DNA of 32,000 nucleotides from Promethearchaeota archaeon (GTDB taxonomy: Archaea; Asgardarchaeota; Lokiarchaeia; Sigyniarchaeales; SOKP01): NCBI GenBank assembly GCA_030606485.1, contig JAUWGH010000004.1:30001-62000 (forward strand). Direction: 5' to 3'. The notes under the pieces are model-generated. The model ran no database searches and was not told the origin of the DNA. It saw nothing but the letters and a program-made list of their open reading frames with translations. Each line of letters starts with the position of its first letter. Position 1 is the first letter of the stretch. The position numbers and the translations under genes are program-made. This document shows positions 29,283 to 32,000 of this stretch, one piece after another.

Positions 29283-29375
29283 TTCGAAAAAATTAGGAAT
29301 TAGTTGTAGGTTCCGCAAGAACTTGAGAATAAAAAAGTCTTATTTATTGAATAACAGAGAATAAATAAAAATTAA

Positions 29376-29912
29376 CTATTCTTTTTCAAAAAATAATTCA
29401 AAAAATAGTTCCTTTTCTCCAACTTCGGGTGGTGATACTTTTGTATATCCTGATTTTTTAATAATATGAATCGTATTTTTATTTTGAAAATGAATGGTTC
29501 CGTAAAAACCCTTAATACCCTTTTCATTTGCAATCATAATTAAATGATGTAATAAATATTGTCCTATTCCTTTATTTCTCCACAATTTTTTCACAACGAA
29601 GGAAAATTCTGCAGTGTTAGTATTTGGATTAAGATAAAAGCCCGCTGTTCCGACCATTTCTTTATTTGAAATCTCTCCTACGAGCGCACATAGACAAAAT
29701 ATGTTATGATAATCGATATTTACCTCTTGCTGTATTACAGTATCGCAAAAATTCCTACCTACTTCACAAAACCTAAAATACATGCTTTGTTTGTCTAAGG
29801 AATAATATAGATCTTTTAATAAATGCTCATCTGTAGTTTTTAAAGGACGTATAGTAATTTTTTTATTGTCCTTTGTTAAAAAATATGTTTCATACTGCTT
29901 GGGATAATTCAT
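29376..29912 (-). CDS. GNAT N-acetyltransferase of the Pat/acyl-CoA-synthetase-acetylating type (likely start 29912; ORF track gives 29957)
   Basis: YPKQYET...ITIRPLKTTDEHLLKDLYYSLDKQSMYFRF, AEFSFVVKKLWRNKGIG (acetyl-CoA-binding motif A). Confidence 0.85.
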   Translation of the reverse strand: MNYPKQYETYFLTKDNKKITIRPLKTTDEHLLKDLYYSLDKQSMYFRFCEVGRNFCDTVIQQEVNIDYHNIFCLCALVGEISNKEMVGTAGFYLNPNTNTAEFSFVVKKLWRNKGIGQYLLHHLIMIANEKGIKGFYGTIHFQNKNTIHIIKKSGYTKVSPPEVGEKELFFELFFEKE

Positions 29913-29922
29913 GTGTAAGACC

Positions 29923-30039
29923 TTAAGATTCTGAACAACAATTTCCAATAAATGCACGTTTGTCCAGAACGATTTTTTTAATTGCCTCCTCGGCGGTGAT
30001 TTCCTTTTTTCTCCACTTCTCTAATTTTTTTTTCCACAT
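29923..30039 (-). pseudogene. 5' remnant of an acetyl-CoA hydrolase/transferase domain
   Basis: MWKKKLEKWRKKEITAEEAIKKIVLDKRAFIGNCCSES* resembles the family N-terminus (W..Y..K..TAEEA...I....RVFIG.GC.EP); ends 10 nt before the GNAT ATG. Confidence 0.65.
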
Positions 30040-30157
30040 TTTTATATTGGATATTATTCTTATTATTTTTAAATTATAAGCGAAATATTTTATTCTTTTT
30101 TTTAAAAAGTAAAAAATAGAGTCAAAATTAATTAAAAGTTAAAAAGAGTCGAATTTT

Positions 30158-32000
30158 ATGTCTAAAGAAGAAAAAATGGATTCAATTTTAAAAGAGACAC
30201 GGATTTTTAATCCAATCCCAGAATTTATGAAAACTGGACATGTTACTAGTATAGAACAATATAAAACAATGCATAAGGAGTCAATAGAAAATCCTGAAAA
30301 GTTCTGGGGTGAGGTTGCAGAAACTTTAGATTGGTTTAAGAAATGGGATAAAGTTTGGGAAAGCACCGATACATTTCCTGGTAAATGGTTTAGTGGTGGA
30401 AAACTTAATGTTAGTTATAATTGTATAGATAGACATATTAAAAATGGCAGGGGAGACCAAGTTGCAATAATTTGGGAGGGTGATGATGGAATAGAAAAAA
30501 AATTTACGTTCATGGAGCTTCTTAAGCAAGTATCCAAAGTAGCAAATGCTATGAAAGCGGCAGGATTAAAAAAAGGTGATAGAATTGCCATTTGGTTGCC
30601 AATGGTTCCTGAACTCGCTATCATTATGCTTGCATGTACTAGAATTGGAGTTATTCATTCTATTGTTTTTGGTGGATTTAGCAAAGAAGCGGTAAAAGAT
30701 AGAATAGCAGATAGCGAAGCAAAATTATTATTTACTGTCGACAAAACTAAAAGATCTGGAAAGTTATATCCAATGAAAGAAGGTGCGGCTTTAATTATTG
30801 ATCAATGCCCAACAATTGAGAAAGTAATTGTTGTTAAACGAGCTGGTGTAGAAGTTCCATGGGATGATGAAAAGGATATTTGGTATGATGATTTTATTGC
30901 AAATCAATCAGAAGAATGTCCTTGTGAAGAAATGGATTCAGAAGACCCAATGTTTATTTTATATACAAGTGGTACGACTGGAAAACCAAAAGGAGTTCTT
31001 CATACAACTGCAGGATATTTGTTATTTACTTCATACTCACACAAAATCGTGTTCAACTATAAGGAAGGTGAAGTATGGTTTTGTACAGCAGATATTGGTT
31101 GGATTACTGGGCATAGTTATATAATCTATGGCCCATTGTGTAACGGAGCAACTACCGTAATGTTCGAAGGCGTACCCACATTTCCAGATGTTGATAGGTT
31201 TTGGGCAATTATAGAGAAGTACAAAGTAAATCAATTCTACACAGCCCCAACCGCTATTCGTTCTCTAATGAGATACGGGGATAAACCTGTTCTTAAACAT
31301 AATATTAACAGCCTAAAGGTCTTAGGAACAGTTGGAGAGCCAATTAATCCAGAAGCATGGCTCTGGTATTATAGGATTATTGGAAAGGAAAGATGCCCTA
31401 TCGTTGATACATATTGGTTAACGGAGAGTGGTGGATTTTTAATAACTCCTATATCTACTGCCACTCCAATGAAGCCAGGATCCTGTACACTTCCATTTTT
31501 TGGAATTAGTCTAAAAATCGTTGATATTGAGGAAGTAGAGGTTGAGGCAAATGAAGGGGGTTATTTAGTAATCCAGCAACCTTGGCCAGGTATGTTAAGA
31601 AATGTATGGGGTGATCCGGAGCGTTTTAAATCAACCTATCTTGAGAGATTTCCAAATAAATTTTTTACTGGTGATGGAGCACGCCGAGATGAAGACGGTT
31701 ATTACTGGATTCTAGGTCGGCTCGACGATGTTATAAAGGTTAGCGGGCATCGAATTGGAACAATGGAAATTGAAAGTGCTATTGTTAGTCATCCTAAAGT
31801 TGCTGAGGCAGCAGTTGCACCAATTCCACATGAGATAAAGGGACAAGCAATTTATGCTTATGTAACTTTAATGGAAGGAATTAAAAAAACAACAAAACTT
31901 AAAAGAGACATAGTTATGCATGTTAGAACAGAAATAGGTCCCGTTTTCCAGCCAGAGGTCATTCAATTCGCTGATACACTACCAAAAACAAGAAGTGGTA
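30158..32000 (+). CDS. acs: AMP-forming acetyl-CoA synthetase (3' end runs off the window; absent from ORF track)
   Basis: Open frame from ATG 30158: FWGEVAE.LDW, NCIDRH, YTSGTTGKPKG, DIGWITGH, TVGEPINPEAW, GRLDDVIKVSGHRIG, ending at LPKTRSG. Confidence 0.96.
   Translation, partial: MSKEEKMDSILKETRIFNPIPEFMKTGHVTSIEQYKTMHKESIENPEKFWGEVAETLDWFKKWDKVWESTDTFPGKWFSGGKLNVSYNCIDRHIKNGRGDQVAIIWEGDDGIEKKFTFMELLKQVSKVANAMKAAGLKKGDRIAIWLPMVPELAIIMLACTRIGVIHSIVFGGFSKEAVKDRIADSEAKLLFTVDKTKRSGKLYPMKEGAALIIDQCPTIEKVIVVKRAGVEVPWDDEKDIWYDDFIANQSEECPCEEMDSEDPMFILYTSGTTGKPKGVLHTTAGYLLFTSYSHKIVFNYKEGEVWFCTADIGWITGHSYIIYGPLCNGATTVMFEGVPTFPDVDRFWAIIEKYKVNQFYTAPTAIRSLMRYGDKPVLKHNINSLKVLGTVGEPINPEAWLWYYRIIGKERCPIVDTYWLTESGGFLITPISTATPMKPGSCTLPFFGISLKIVDIEEVEVEANEGGYLVIQQPWPGMLRNVWGDPERFKSTYLERFPNKFFTGDGARRDEDGYYWILGRLDDVIKVSGHRIGTMEIESAIVSHPKVAEAAVAPIPHEIKGQAIYAYVTLMEGIKKTTKLKRDIVMHVRTEIGPVFQPEVIQFADTLPKTRSG

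Noticed and set aside
29340-29368. Hairpin TTATTTATT-N11-AATAAATAA as SECIS for the CxxU ORF
   Set aside because: All-AU stem with no proper upper helix around the GA pairs; more likely a terminator-like or chance structure between convergent ORFs.
861-31234. About 25 short ORFs in the track that lie antisense to, or out of frame within, long genes (e.g. 861-1109, 3079-3504, 4893-5279, 9924-10307, 18283-18552, 26418-26621, 30139-30624)
   Set aside because: They overlap well-supported genes, lack SDs or recognisable motifs, and look like shadow ORFs.

Overview
AT-rich archaeal chromosomal window. Lokiarchaeia/Asgard-like affiliation is an inference from GGTGA/GGAGG ribosome-binding sites, TTTATAAA TATA boxes, a G37 tRNA-Cys with no encoded CCA, a Bat-type HTH regulator and a DnaK lacking the Gram-negative N-terminal insert. 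No mobile elements, CRISPR arrays or rRNA were seen. Left to right: (1) tRNA-Cys, cysS, ThiW-like ECF S component, hypothetical, canonical iscS-iscU; (2) a six-fold 2TM-repeat membrane protein; (3) a metal-resistance block (acr3, arsR, atypical CaCA antiporter, multi-domain CopA); (4) a redox block (glutaredoxin-like, Isf, HTH, ferredoxin-domain protein, NROR-like reductase, an unannotated CTG-start rubredoxin, an acyl-CoA dehydrogenase-rubredoxin fusion, nitroreductase, YyaL and an overlapping nucleotidyltransferase-like ORF); (5) a tight operon tusA - dsrE - iscS lacking the PLP lysine (K->D) - iscU fused to a degenerate thioredoxin-reductase domain, the best candidate for an undescribed system; (6) dnaK-dnaJ with a 7-7-7 operator-like palindrome and a clpB remnant; (7) OsmC-like gene, a small ORF with an in-frame TGA in a CxxU context (possible selenoprotein), a GNAT apparently released from an acetyl-CoA hydrolase-GNAT fusion, and the 5' part of acs. 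All family assignments come from motif recognition by eye; no searches were run.
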